Shown: in pieces, positions 13,131 to 28,100 of the stretch
How positions within the stretch are numbered: position 1 is the first letter of the stretch
Layout: each line of letters begins with the position of its first letter
Assembly: GCA_012295275.1 (NCBI GenBank)
Contig: CM022670.1
Coordinates: 38,812,001 to 38,876,000 of the forward strand
Length of the DNA stretch: 64,000 bases
Reading direction: 5' to 3'
Source: Chrysomallon squamiferum
Lineage: Eukaryota > Animalia > Mollusca
The notes under the pieces: model-generated
What the model was told of the DNA's origin: nothing
Databases searched by the model: none
Seen by the model: the letters and a program-made list of their open reading frames with translations, nothing else
Translations under genes and position numbers: made by a program

Positions 13131-16100
13131 TATTTTTTTTGTTCGAAATCTTGTTTCAAGAGCAGCTCAGCATTAGTTAAATAATGATTTATCACTGAAT
13201 TTGTGCAGCTTTAAAATTCAGGGTATACCATCAGTTTGGATTGTGACCATGCAACACAATCTTCATCATAAACAACAAATCACTTATTTGGTGCATCCCA
13301 GCATTAGTGTTCTAATTATGTGTGGAAAGAATAAGATGTCTTGCCAAAATTCTGATATGACTCATCTAAAAAAAGTTCACATATCTATTTTTTGATACAT
13401 TAGCATCTGATCATGAATTAATTTATTTCAGTAACTTCCACTGTTATTGTTGATATAAAATTTATTACAGAAGACAGAACCTTTGGCTATAAATAATATA
13501 AATCGTAATCAAGTAATTGAAAATAAAAATAATTTTAGTTTGACTAAAACTGTTTTTTACAATTTGTTTACTTTTTAATAATGACTGTAAAAGAGAACAT
13601 GTTTTAACCATACCAAAAGTTAATACAATGCAGTAACGAAGTGTAACATTATATCTGTTAGTTACAGGAAAACTAGTCCATTTGTATTTTCATAAGTTGC
13701 AGAAGATAACCATTTGCTGTGTTAGTATTTAGCCAGGGTGTTGTGTAATGTCTGTTTTTGCTGTGTGAATCATTATTTGTAAAATCAGCTCACATTTATT
13801 TGCATTTTTTTTTTACCTATAAGTAATGAAGTGTGGATTTAATCATCATATAATGAATGGCCAACAAAACAACTCATTAATTTTTGTTAGTACAAATATA
13901 GCATTACACACACACACACAGATTGGTTATATCTGATCCAAGTTTCATTATTTATTCATCATTTTAATTTGTAAAGTCAGCAAAGCAAAAACGATTGCTG
14001 CTGAGCTAATCTGATTACTGTAGCTGCTTGTGTCACATGATTGAAGCTACCAGATGGTTGTCAGGTATGGTGGCTAAGAACTGTATAAATACAGTTGATA
14101 ACTGCTAAAAATAGCAAAAATATTCTAGCCTTTTCATAAATATTATATTCCTGTGAATATCTTTCAGAAAATAAAACCTTTTTTTTTCCCTTTTTTTCTA
14201 CAGTCTAATTTTAGTTTTAATACCTTAGAATTCTATAAAATTCTATTTTTTAAAATATTTTTTTAACCATTTAATTTCAGTTTTATATGACTATATATCT
14301 GAATATTACAAACCTATTTTTTTTTTTTTTTTTTTTTTTAATCAGTCTTGTTTCAATTGTATGAATATCTATCAGAATATTATAGACCTCTGTTTTTTTA
14401 AACAATCTAATTACATCTTGTATAGTGTTTAGTTCCATAAATAGGTGGATAAAAGGGACCTATTTTTACATAACTTCTTCACTTCAGTTGTTCAGAAATA
14501 TCTTCATTATACATACCTATGTAGTTACTATAAGGTTATGACACCAATAATGTTGAAAATCTTAAATTCAAAAATAAAATCTAATTTAACTTCATCTGAT
14601 GATTTACAAATGGTGGGCAAGGGAAATGTCAAAGGTCACAATGTTCTGATGGAGTGATTAGGTTGGTTCATTGGAAGTTGAGATGAAAAAAGCTGAAAAT
14701 ATGTTGTAAACAATTAACATATTAATGTTGGTTATATTGATAAGAGTGGGTTGGGAGAACTAATGTATTTTGTGACATTTGTTTTTTGTAACTTTTTTTT
14801 TTTTTTTTTTTTTTGTTCTTCTTGTTCTTATGTAATAGATACAAAGTGTCTGTGTAGTGATAATTGTTGTGTTTTGTTTACATGTTCATTGTGCTATTTA
14901 ATTCATTTATTTTTGTTTAATTCCTTAATGTCATAATGATAAATACAATCATATACCATAACCATATTTTCATATATCATACTGCTTATATTTTGTATAC
15001 ACCTGAGAAGCTAGTCTGTCTAAATTTTGAATAAATTATTTTCAGTCTTTTAATTAGATTTTTTAAATTTATAAAGAACAACAATACTTATGTAGTATCC
15101 ACTACAATTACACCGTGTTTGTGTTTTTATTTTTTTTTTTTATATTTTTTTTTTTTTACTTTTTTACTTGATTTTGTTTTTCATTTTTCAGGGGGTGGGG
15201 TGAGGATTATATTCAGTTTGTCAAACAGCTTTCAGCTGCCAAATAAAAGCATGATACAAATAAATTTAGAATATACTACCACTTAAATGAAATCTGTAAT
15301 TAAAAATTTGAAGTTTCATTTACTTTAAAAATAGTAAAGTTAATATAAATTAGAAGTGTTGATTGCTTTCCATTTCATCTCTTGCAGGAGATCTTTAAAA
15401 AATTATGTTGATTAATTTATCACTGTACAAATTTAATATATTTTCAGACTAGTTATATATGACTTTAAAATAGTTTGGGTATAAACTGGTACACCTATAC
15501 ATTTCCTTTTCCTTTTGGAATTTGATTTTCATCAAAAGCAGTCAGCACTGACTGACACCTTATTCATTTCTAGTTTACTTCACTTGCATAATGCATTAAC
15601 CTGGTGAAATTCAAAATGTGCTCAAATTCAAAACCTTAACTGACCACCAAGGGTACTCTGTTTGCAATATGGTTTCTATTTAAATGAATGAATGAAAGTC
15701 TAGGTATTTTAGAATAAAATAAAAATGAATATGGGAAAATTTTTGCTGTTAATAATTTAACATATTTAAATAACTGTTTTTGGTTTGCTATTATTCCAGT
15801 ATTGTCCATAGAACATTTTGTGTGTCTGTATGTCAAAATTTAGTATTCATATATCATTTAACTATAATGAAATATTTAATATGTTTAATGATTTTTGTGC
15901 CATTTATTCAGTTTGTGTACAGTTGAATAAAATGGCTTCCAGCTTGGAATGATGGTTTTATATCAGCCTGATGTTTTTCATATAACTTTGTCAGCACTTA
16001 CATATGTTTTTGTATTGTCATTACCATGTCTATAGTAACATAACTGTAATAAATAAGACTTTTTACACAGCTTCTATTTGTTTCTGGGTTTGTGGTTGTT

Positions 16101-16418
16101 TTTTGTTTTGTTTTTTTTCTTTTTTTCATGTTCAGAATATTTTGTTATGTGAGAATATATATATTAACATATCAGGATAATCTCCAGGGATTATTATATT
16201 ATGTTCACAAAGGTGAATCCTTTCCTCCAAAATTGGTATTTTCCCAGTATGATGATGGTTAAAATGTGTACTCAATTTTAATTTTTTTTTTTTTTTTTTT
16301 TTTTTTTTGACCCAACAATGCAATTTGTTTCTGTGAAACTAATTTCAGTTATTACATTAAAAGGCTTATTATCATAAAATACTACTACTAATAATAATGA
16401 TAATTAATATATATAAGT

Positions 16419-16423
16419 AAAAA
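16419..16423 (-). terminator. Pol III terminator of tRNA-Cys
   Basis: T5 run on the minus strand about 11 nt downstream of the tRNA 3' end. Confidence 0.7.
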
Positions 16424-16434
16424 GAATGTTTGCT

Positions 16435-16506
16435 AGGGGACACCCGGGATCGAACCGGGGACCTCTCGATCTGCAGTCGAATGCTCTACCACTGAGCTAT
16501 ATCCCC
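16435..16506 (-). tRNA. tRNA-Cys (GCA)
   Basis: Reverse complement GGGGATATAGCTCAGTGGTAGAGCATTCGACTGCAGATCGAGAGGTCCCCGGTTCGATCCCGGGTGTCCCCT: full cloverleaf, anticodon GCA, intact A and B boxes, U discriminator. Confidence 0.97.
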
Positions 16507-16913
16507 ACGCTATTTTAAACTTGGCATATAACTTTCATAATCCTTGCACAGAATTCAACTAATGTATTTGTAAGAAATGTATTTGTTTATGTTTTAATAA
16601 TAAAATATGTATGCTTGACTGCAGGTATCAAGACTGAGTTTAATTTTTAATAAAATATTTTAGTCGATTCTATATTATGTTTTATTAGCTATTTTCTTTC
16701 GGATATTTTCGTTAATTTTCGAAATTATGAAATTAAACATTAGTTCTGAAAGTTCAGCAAGAAGAATGCAGATACTATACTTAGTTAATGTGGGTGCTTT
16801 AAAATAAATCGTTAGCAAATATTCTTGTATATGCACCTACCAAAAAAGAATAACTGACGTTTTCTCGAATGGGAATTACGGAATCAGCCGAATTTCTTTC
16901 GGAAACGATCTTG

Positions 16914-16928
16914 GTAACTCATGACAAC
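16914..16928. promoter_or_regulatory. RFX X-box in the DNAI3 promoter
   Basis: GTAACT-CAT-GACAAC has half-sites fitting the X-box pattern RTHNYY / RRNRAC with a 3-nt spacer. It sits in a CpG-enriched patch just upstream of a probable non-coding first exon (donor cag|gtttga near 17058) of a motile-cilia gene. Confidence 0.55.
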
Positions 16929-17585
16929 ATAATGAAGTAGCGTCATGAATGCAACTTGTGTTATTGTTTGAATCTATTTTACTAAATACATTTTAAAATA
17001 TACATATACAAATTTAAAAAAGTATTTTTTGATTCATTCATAATACTCGATTGGACAGGTTTGATTTAATTTTAATTTGTATGAATTGATCATATAAACG
17101 TAGATGTGTGTATTTTCGAAATATACCTATTTTCGATCATGTACTAGCAGACTCCAAAATATCTCTTTTAAAAAACCTACCTAATTATGTCCTTTTCAGA
17201 TTAATAATAAAGTAGAATTAAATATTAGACATATGTTACTTCGCCGAAAACGCTTGGCCTTCATTATTATTCATATTTGTAGATATAAGCATTTTGATTT
17301 GAATTATTTGTAGTAATATAAAGTATAATAAACAGTAATGGTAAATAACCATGGAAATTCCCCAATAGGCTTAATGATTTCTTGTGTTGATTATTGAGTT
17401 TATCTGAGAAAATATATCGATATTTAATTAGAAATAAAAATTACTTACTTACGTTATTATTTGTTTGTTTGCTTGCTTGTATTATTAGTAGTATTGTTGG
17501 TATTAATATAATTTTTAATAATACATTATTTATTTTTAATTTGTTTCCCATTCACTTTCCCGCAGATCTGATTTAATCAGTAACA

Positions 17586-20500
17586 ATGTCAGACACGGAG
17601 GGAGAGGCTAAAGATGTTTCTGCAAAAGAACAAAATCAAGCCAATGAAAATGAAAAAGATCAGGTTAGTAAACAACACCCACACCAAAAAAAAAAAAAAA
17701 GTAATAATAATAAACCTATATACATTAGTTTAAAACTAATAATAAAAATAGTTATTTAAAAAAAAAATAAAAGAAGAAGAAAACAAGAGACTTCATGTCT
17801 GGTAAATGGTCTGATAAACTGGTTCAGAATATTTCGTGCAATGTTTTATTTTGAAGCACATATATAGGACTTATTTGGTAACCATATGGATCATATTGCA
17901 GCGTTTGTCTAAAATTAATTTAGGAAATTACTGTAATTAATCTGCTAGCTCACTGTTTTAGACAAACTGCCTTGATTCCTGAGTTGTGCTTGAACTTTTC
18001 AGTGAATACAAGCATGTTTTAAATTGTAGACTGAAAAAACTTTGGAACAGATATACATAGATTTAATTAATAATATTTGTTTAATAAATAAAATATTTTT
18101 TTTCATTTTTTGTTTTTTTAGAAATAATTATTTTGTTAATTGGAATGCTATATGAATGGTAGGAAAAGAATTATAAGTTGTTTGGAACTTTTCAGTTTAT
18201 AGATTTTATTTTCTTAACCTTTTAATTTCTTCAGGTCTTGATTTACCAGCTTTTCTTATTTATTTGTTTTTGTTTTGTTTTGTTTTGTCTGTTGTTCGTT
18301 TTTTATTTTTATTTTTTAAAATTACTATTATATTTTGTTTTAAGCATTTTTAGATTTTAGTTGACTAGATTTTTTTTCCCAGTTTAATTACTTTTCTGTT
18401 TTTATGCACCAGCCAAAAAGTAAGTTAAAAAATATTGGAAGAAAAGTCAAGAAGGTAGCCATTTTCAAAATGAAGGTATTTGGAAGAGTGAAAACACTGA
18501 CAATTTTGCATGGTATCACAATTATATCAGATGATGATGCTGTCACTAAATCTTTATATACATTTTGAAAACCGAAATCCAAAACTGCATTATGAGCATG
18601 CTGCCAGGCTTGTGATTTACTATGCTGTTTAATCAGTACGTGATTACTGAGGAGAAATTATAGTTCATTTCTTGGAACATAAATGTTTGATGAATGCTGC
18701 ACATGCATGATCCTGCATGGTTTTCATTATGAATGATGAAAATGGATTGAAAAATTGTATGCCCAGAATGACAGACTAATTATAAAATATACAAGGAAAA
18801 AACTGTATTAGCAAGATGCATGTCTAGTAGCATAGATTTCACATCTACTTTGAGAGTAATCTTCTAAGGTATCACAATATTATCAGCAGAATCTGTATTT
18901 ATGGTTTAATGTATATTTGAAAAATTCTGCCTGAGAGATCTTTGGGATTTTATTTATTTATTTTTTTTAAAATCAAATGATGAATATTTGATAATATTGC
19001 ATATTTAAATACTTATAAGTTTCTGTTTGAAATATTTTATTTAATTGATTATTAATTGTATAGTATTCGTTAATATATAAAAATATTCAGTTCATTTTAA
19101 TATTTTATTTTTGTTGTCTTAAATGAAAAATGTTATATTTACAGCCTTTTTATTTAGTTTTTGTCTGCAATAGCTACAATTTTGGAACAAGGAAGACATA
19201 TTTAAGATAAAATTTGAAATAATAACATTTAAAATTAAAATCCTTTTATTTTTCTCTATGTTACATTTTCTTACTTTTATGTCTTTTTTCAATAAAGAAT
19301 TTTTATATTTTGAAATTTGTCTTAGAGTTTAATTCTTAAACACCTCATTACATCAAACCTTGTTTTCATTATCATATATTTACAAAATATTTGTGATAAT
19401 TCTTAAAATGAATGATGAATAAAGTTTAATTCATTCTGTTTAGGATACAAGTCAAACTCCATCATCGCCAAAGGTGAAGAGTGCCAGTTCACACCGCACT
19501 AAGAGTGCTGGCAGCACAAAAGGTTCAAAACCAGGAAGCAAAGCAGGCTCGAAGCCATCAACGCCAAGTGGAAAAGCTTCACCTCATAAAAGCTTAGCTA
19601 AAGGTAGGCATTTCAGTGATTTTCTGTGTTTCCAGTCTGCGTTTAAATATTCAGATTACTACATTTCAGTGTCTTTGATTTGTTTTTCAGTCTTAGAGTG
19701 CCATTGGTGTCTTATATAAAACCCTGTATTAATTAGGTTAAGTTGTAGTTTATATTTTCAGCATGAAATAACTTACAAATACATAACTTAGAATACTCTA
19801 TTAGAACATGCATGGTTAATATTGTGGATATTCTAGAGTTAATTTGTTTGGTATTTTAATATATTGGTTTTCAGTGCTGTAATGATAAGCATTTTTTTTT
19901 TTTATGAACAACAATAAATGTCCAACAAATATTTTAAAGTTATTTATCACCATCTACTAAAGTTTTAAGAGGCAGTGAGAAATGTTGTAGACAGTTAATT
20001 CTGTTGTTTGGCAGAGAAGTCAAAAGATGGATTATGTTTTAAGTTGCTTTGTTTAATGCTGTATTTTAGTTGCTCAGGGAAGTCAAAATTGAAAATAGAA
20101 GACAAGAAAGATGTGTCAAGAACTCCAAGTGTAGCACAAGATGAGGCAGAAGAAGAAGGTCTCTATTTCAATACAGTATCAAAATAACTCTTTCTTACCT
20201 GTTGATGAGCCTTTAAATGTTGCTGAATCAGTGTCTTTTCTGTTCTTTTCCTTTTTTGTTGAGTTACTGCAGTTATGTCCAAACATGAATCTGAGTTGTG
20301 TGATTTTTATTTTAGACTAAAAATTTAAAATTTTTTTTCAATTCTTTGTTTTTAAAACTGTTCTTGTTGATAATTATTTCGTTTGTCTTTTTGTTCCTGT
20401 TACATTAGCCTAATATGAAAATTTGTTTTGTTTTATTCTGTTAATTCATGTTTCTTACAGCAATCAGTTACTAAACATTGGTTTTAAAAAAGGTAAATTT

Positions 20501-21430
20501 TATAAAGAAGCTGTACAAATAAAAGTTCATTAATTCTTGACTGATGTTACATATTTTTATATTCTTGCCTTAGTCACATGGATGATCTTTTATCTTTTAC
20601 TGTCAGTGATTAGATTTTTTTCTAAAATATGTGTTCATGTTTTATTGATAGGTATACCTGAGGGTGTCATCCCACTGTTTCTGACATCAAAAACACAGGA
20701 GATTTTTAACTGTAAATGTGATGAGGATGTCACAAAAGAAAGCCCTCACAAAATCCTCCTGAAAGAAGATATTATTGAGGACATGAGACTTAGAGCAGCT
20801 GTTTCAGATTTTGCTCCAATTAAACAAGAAATTTTGGTATGAATTTTTTTATTCTGTTGATAGATTTGATCCATTAACATAATAGAATAGTATACATCCT
20901 TTGGCTATTCTTGGATCATTACAGCCAAATATAGAAATATGCTTTGTTCTAAATTTGTGAAATGTTGACTACATGTAGATAATTAGTTACTAGCTAAAAC
21001 TAGACTAGAACTAAAGCACTCAATGAAATGTTCTGTAAATAATAAATTTTTCAAAACTGTAGCATTAAGGTATTAATAAGGGTTTTGAGAATCAGCAAAA
21101 AAGAAAAAATGATGTTAAATATAAATAAAAAAATAAGTCAAATAATTGAAGAATTGTTAGATTATAATTAAGAATTAACTGCTCAGCACAAGAAGATTCA
21201 GTTAGGATGTTAGCTACATTTCCTTTTTTTGTCTTTATTTTGAGAAATTAATTTTTTGGGTTCAGAAAAATATTTATTCATTTCCATGTTACAGAATTAT
21301 CCAGGAGATGAGATTTTGCTGGTCTATGACTATAACTTCAGATATGATCAGAACTTCTTTGTGGCTATTACAGAGGAGGCTAAGGACAGAATCCTCAATG
21401 TAAGTTTACATTTATGTAAGTTATATGTTA

Positions 21431-21500
<70 letters not shown>

Positions 21501-23856
21501 TTGTGTGTATGTGCGTGTATATGAGAGAGAGAGAGTGTGTGTATATAAAAGACCTAGATTCACTTTTCATTCCTTATCAATATGACATTATAAAAAAAAA
21601 TTAAAATGGTTCTTGATGGAAGAAAAAGGAAAGGTATTTTTCAGCAGTGAACCACAAAATGTGCAGTCAATATTTTTTAAGAACTGGTATGTTTTCAGGA
21701 AATTTAAACTTGTGCATTAGTAAGTAATATATATTGTATCCAAACCACATTTTTCTCTCTTAAAAAGCCAGAATCATCAGATGTGGAGGAAGAAGAGGAG
21801 GTATAAAAATCAATTTGTATAGAAAACTGCATGTTCATGTTGTCTATCACAGTTTCAAAATTGCTTGTATTATAAAAGTATGTGTTCAGGAATTAAACAC
21901 ATTATGTAAAAATTAGTCAGTCTCACAGATTTCAGTTGTATGTAGATTCCTCGCTGAATAAATAACTGTACACTATATGTCACATAGTTCATCATCTGAC
22001 TAGTTCCACAGTGTTTTCATTATTCTAGTGAAGTATCTCTATATGGAATGATCATTAAATATTATTAGCAGTTTAGAAGTATCAGATGTGTGAAAAGATA
22101 TGAATTTTTTTTTTTTAATTTAATATATATTTTTTTTTTTTTCCCATTATCTGTATGTTAATACTTAAGTGAATTAATAGTGTGAAGAGTTATCTAAACA
22201 ATTTAAAATAGTAATTTTGGTAAATAATTGTTCAGGCAATTGAGGTATTATGATTTATCGAGATATACCAACAAGTCAAGTTGGAATTTAAAAATATTTG
22301 AAAGAGCTAAACACAGTTGAAAAGTTATTAGAATTCTTGAATGTTCATAAACAAAGAAATTTTGGTGTCAGAAAAAGGTAAGTCAAAGGTATAACTAGGA
22401 ATTGATATGAGTTTTGAAAAATGATATATTTTATTTTTATTCACTGGCATGTTGATAAATGTGTATAGATTTCACCCTTCACATTGTCAATGTTAGCCAT
22501 TTTATTTTGAAACAGTGCTTGTAAAACTCACAGAATTATTTTTAAAAACAGACTGTAATTTTAAAAAGCAAGATAAAAATGAAAGTTCTAAAATTTATTT
22601 TATTTTTAAATTTTTTTTTCTAAAATTACTGTAATAATATAGGAATGTATTTTGTATCACTATTAGTGCCGAATGAGAGACTGCTAATTATGATGATACA
22701 TCTAATAAAGTTTTCTGTTTTCTGTTATAACAATACTTCTTGTATATACTCATTTTACAGATAAAAATAATGATAATATGTATCCATTTTTATTGCATAT
22801 TGTACTTGAAATAGATCTTTTTTTACTTTTAACTTTATTTTTTATGTTGTTTTTTTCCAAATGATTTATGTAAATATTTACTTGTATGTATAAAATGAAG
22901 GTAAGACTAAATTTATATATATATATTTTTTGTTGTTTGTTTGGTTGTTTTCCATTTTTTTTCTTATTTTATTTTTCAATATTTTTCATCTAAACTAGTT
23001 CTAAATGTTAATGCTAATATAAATTATCATATATCTTGCAATGCAAAAGTGAGTGCATTTGTTAAAATAAAACCCATATAATTTGTTATCTTTGTTATTC
23101 TGTAGCCACCAAAAGCAGCTGAGGAGGAAGAAGAAGAAGAAGAAGAGGTTACGTATAAATACATCCCACCTGTTCCCAAACCATGGATTTCACACGGCAG
23201 TGAAAAGGAAATCGAAGAAGCGATGGTAGTCGAATCAAGACAGAAGGTAAGTTAGAATCACATACACAATATTTTCTTCTTTTCATTGTTACTTTTGTCA
23301 TTATACAACGAAACTCAGTTTTCAATGAAATTAAATACACCACAACGATTTCAGAAATCCTGTACCAGTCTTGCTTGTGGTTTAGTGTTCAGTTGATGTT
23401 GTAATTAATAAAGTATTTTTATAGTGGTATCAATATATTCTAGTATTGCTGACCAATTTTGTTTTTCATTAAATGGAAGGATAACATTTTGATATTTAGT
23501 TCAGACCATATAAAAACAACAAATGCTAAATTTGAACCTAATTATTCAATAGTTGTAAATAAGGAATTACTATATACTTTGAAACTTCTAAAACAAGACA
23601 TAATTATATAGTATCTATAAAGTAAAATTCTATTTTAAAAAAACATAATAATAATAAAAAACTTTACTTTGTCTCTTGAAAATACATCATTTTGATTGTA
23701 AATTTGGAATTTTGAAATTTTATTTTTCATTTAAATTTTTTAAGACAATCTTTTAAAAAATTAATGAAAAAGAAAACAATATCTATTATTATTATTATTA
23801 AATATTGTTGCACTTGTTGCTGGTGTTCTTTTTACTGTTAATACTGTTACTTTTAC

Positions 23857-23916
<60 letters not shown>

Positions 23917-24916
23917 TATTATTAAATAATGTTGTTGTTATTGTAGAAGAAAGTGTCTGTTAAAAGACAGAGGTTTGAGTTTGGAGCACCAATATCATTC
24001 ACCGATAGAAATGTTGGTGATGCCAAAGATGGTTATGTGGAGTGCACAAAATACGAAGACAAGAACTTTCAGATTAAGAAAATGGAACTGGATAAAGGAA
24101 CCCAGGTAAAAAAAACAACAACCAAAAACCATTTTTAAAATGCAGTTATTTTACATATGTACATGTTTAAATAATTAATCTTTATGACTAAGAAAATAGA
24201 ACTCACCAAGTTTAATCCATACATGAACAACTAATGCTGATCTTTTTTGCTTCTAAAAGTTTACAGTAAGAATACAGTTATATTTAGTTTCCAAAATAAA
24301 TTATCACAGATATGTATTATACACAATTTGGGCAAATGTAAAAGTTTTGATATTGAAATTAAACTACTCCACCCTTTTAACTTTTAAGAACATGAGTAAT
24401 AAAATGGTAATCTTTACATAAATACCAAATAAGAAAAAGGGAAATGGAAAGAAATTTAAAACTCAAAAAAAAAAAAAAAAGAATAAAGACAGTTAAAGAA
24501 ACTGTTTGTTATCCAACTTTATCTTTTTATTTTACGTAGCACTTTTGATGCTTTGCTTGATAACAGCATGAATATATTTGATGGGGGCTGTACATATAAT
24601 GTTAATTACTTAATGAAATGTCCTGTCTGTTTTAGGCTATTCCTGTGTTTATAGAAACTGGAACGCAGACTGACTGGAAGTATCCACGGAACGCCTGCAT
24701 CCAGTATAACCCAAGAGAGTTCACAGAGGAGGAGAAAAAGAGGATTGAGCACTCAGAAACCCTTATACAGTTTCTCCAACAAGGGATTCCAAGGTATATA
24801 AACTGATTGTTCTTGTTTGTTAATGTGATGTTAATTCATTCTGGTTTAATGCTCCATCAACACTTTGTTTTCAATTTCTGTTATATATTCAGGTAATGTC
24901 ATTTCTCTGTGTGTGT

Positions 24917-24956
<40 letters not shown>

Positions 24957-25037
24957 CTGTGTGTGTGTGTTTCTGTGTTTGTGTGTGTGTGTGTGTGTGT
25001 CTGTGTTTGTGTGTGTGTGTGTGTGTGTAGGTGTGTA

Positions 25038-25109
<72 letters not shown>

Positions 25110-28100
25110 ATGACATTACCTGAATATATAACAGAAATTGAAAACAAAGTGTTGTTTGAGCATTAAACCAGAATGAATTAACATTACATTAACAAACAAG
25201 AACAGTCAGTTTATATATGGAATACATATATATATATATATATATATATCTTTTGAAATAAGATTATAATAAAAACAGAGCTTTTGTCCAGTCTTTTTTT
25301 TCTTTCTTTCTTATTTTATTTTATGCAGTTTAATGCACTTTTCATTATTTGGTCATTTGTTAATATATTTGATTATTTATTTGTCCTGTCTCCCAAGTGA
25401 ATACTTATTATCTACTTTGTTTTTTATTGGCCAGGTTCCACCTGGCCCTACAGCAGAATGAAATTATGGATGTATTTTATGATGACTGGGCTAATCTTGG
25501 AGATTCTGATGACTTTGGCAGTAAGGCTGACAATCATCTGAAGGTAAATGTGATATCTATGTGTTTCTGTCAGAGTTTGATCTCATCATTAAATTTGTTT
25601 TATCGACAAATGCTATTTTTTAAAGAATATTCATTATCAGTGTCTTAATAATTTACTAGTAAAAAAATTTTAAAATTTGTTATTATTATTATTATTATTT
25701 TTTTTTTTTTTTTCAGAATTGAATTGAATTTATTGAAATTGATATTATATGAAACATTCCTTTTGGTTAATTTCAGTGTTTTTTTGTATTTATTTATTTG
25801 TATGTATGTATGTATGTAAGTATCTATGTATGTATGTATGTATGTATGTATGTATGAATGTATGTATGAATGTATGTATGTATGAATGTATGTATGTATG
25901 TATGTATGTATGTATGTATGTTTTTTTGTTGATTATGTTAACTGTTTGTTAATTTGTTTGTTTTATTGTTCAGGAATACCAGTCATTCACTGATCTTCAG
26001 TTCAGCAAGGACAAGCAAATCACCTGCATTCAGTGGCATCCTACAATAAAAGGTTTGTCATGGAAACACATAGTTTGTAGGAGGCCTAAAGCTATGATCA
26101 AAGTAACAACCTACTAATACACAACCAGAACATTGATAAAGGTAGTCAATAGGTTTCCTATGCAATTATCTCACAAAGAGTGAAGTTAGTTAATCTGGTA
26201 TCCTATCTTGGGTATTTTGAACACAGCCTATGCTGATTATGAGTTATTCTTGGCATAAAAAGACATTTTTGGTTTTTGTTTTCCTTGTGATGTAGTTTTT
26301 TACTAAATCAATATGAGTATATCTTTGTTGTATAATGATGATGCTTTTTAATATTTTTGTGTAGGAGTTCTGGCAGTGTCAGTTGGGGAGAGAATGTCAT
26401 TTGACGACCGCATCGACAATGCTGGCAATGTGATAATGACCCCATCTCTTATCCTCATCTGGAGTTTCACAGATCCAATTCATCCACAGGTAGATGTTAA
26501 CACACAGTTTCTTTCATCTTAAAGTAACATTAAATAAACTGAAAAAATAATTTAAATTTTTTTAATAAAAATTATATTCCTTTTGTTAATATATTAAATC
26601 AGTATACAAAATAAGCAACTTGCAGGCATCAGATTTTAGTAAAACAACAAAAAAACACAGTTCACATGTAACCTAAAGCTGGCCTAACAAGTGTGAATCA
26701 GTTCAACAACATTTCTGTACTTAAACATATGAGTTGCCATAAATCTTATACAGGTGTTGTCCATTTATTTCAAATGCTGATGAAACCAAAAATAAAACTT
26801 GTTCTACATATCCATTAAAGGAAAATGTTATATCATGATTGATAACCTCCAGATTATCAAATTATACTAATTTATGTTGATATCATTTTGGCCATTAAGA
26901 GGGCATATACTGTGTACTTCAAATGCTTTATTTTAAATGGACATGTACAAAATATGTTGGTTATTTGCTAACAATGTATTTTATTCTGCAGCTTTTGCTT
27001 GAAGCACCAGATGATATCTTCAGTTTCCAGTTCAACCCATCTGACCCTAACATTGTAGTTGGAGGCTGTTACAATGGACAGGTCATTCTGTGGGACATAT
27101 CTGAACATGCTGATAGACTCAAGGCTCCAAGAGGAGGTCATCGGAACAAGAAAAAAGATGTTCTTGTAAGCATTTATTTTGTACAGATAAAATATGGTTC
27201 TTTTAATAACAAAAACGATTTACTGAAAACAGGTATTTTACTTCACTAGCAGTTTGGGTATCTTCATCTATGGTAGAAGCAGATGATGATACCCTGACAT
27301 TATGTTGAACTGATGATAATGAAGTAAATACAGTGGGGATTTTGTCATTACAACATCCATTTCTGGTTTATGTGTGTGCTAGAGTGTGTTTCTCTCTCTC
27401 TTTCTCTCTCTCTCTCAGTATATATATATATAGTTCATTTTACCTTTATAAATGGGGATTAGTAAAGGTTTACAGTAGAGCAAAATGTAACATGGACTAG
27501 ACCAACCATATCCAACACATCTGAAAACTTTTTTTTATCAATATAGCTGATAAAACAGAAAAATACTGAGGCAAATGTATTGGACAAGTTCCAGATATAC
27601 CTTGAAGAAGATTTTTTTTTTAAAAGTGTTTTCTTTCCTAAGTTGATAAAAGAAATGGTATATAAATTCATAATGGTCATAAGCAGCATGCTAACATTAC
27701 TGAAAAAAACTCAAAATTAACAATTACACATAAAATGTGAATTAAAGTATTGTTAAGTATTTTCCGAATGAACGGAGCATTCTGAACTGTTAAAATATAT
27801 TTTGTTTGTCACAGCCTGGCTTTGAGGACCCAAATGCTCTGAAGACTCCAGTTGTACACTACTGTGCAGTTTCCAGTATTGAATACAGTCACAAGGCTCC
27901 AATCACAGACATCCAGTGGTTACCTGATCACCTGGAGGTATTTACAAGTTTTCATCATCATCACCATCGTCGTCTTCATCATTGTTGATGTTATTGTTGT
28001 TGTTATATTATTATTAGTTTTATTATTGTTATTATTTTAGTTAACGTTATTAGTATCATCATCATCATCATTATTATTATTATTAATATTATTATTTTTT

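Noticed and set aside
18525-18650. ATGATGA...CTGA pair in a DNAI3 intron (also at ~27280)
   Set aside because: No recognisable guide, no second copy, wrong spacing; expected by chance in AT-rich DNA.
24846-25166. Five overlapping ORFs on both strands, some sharing peptides (MFSISVIYSGNVI, MTLPEYITEIENKV)
   Set aside because: Translation of TG/CA microsatellite plus the inverted repeat; not coding.
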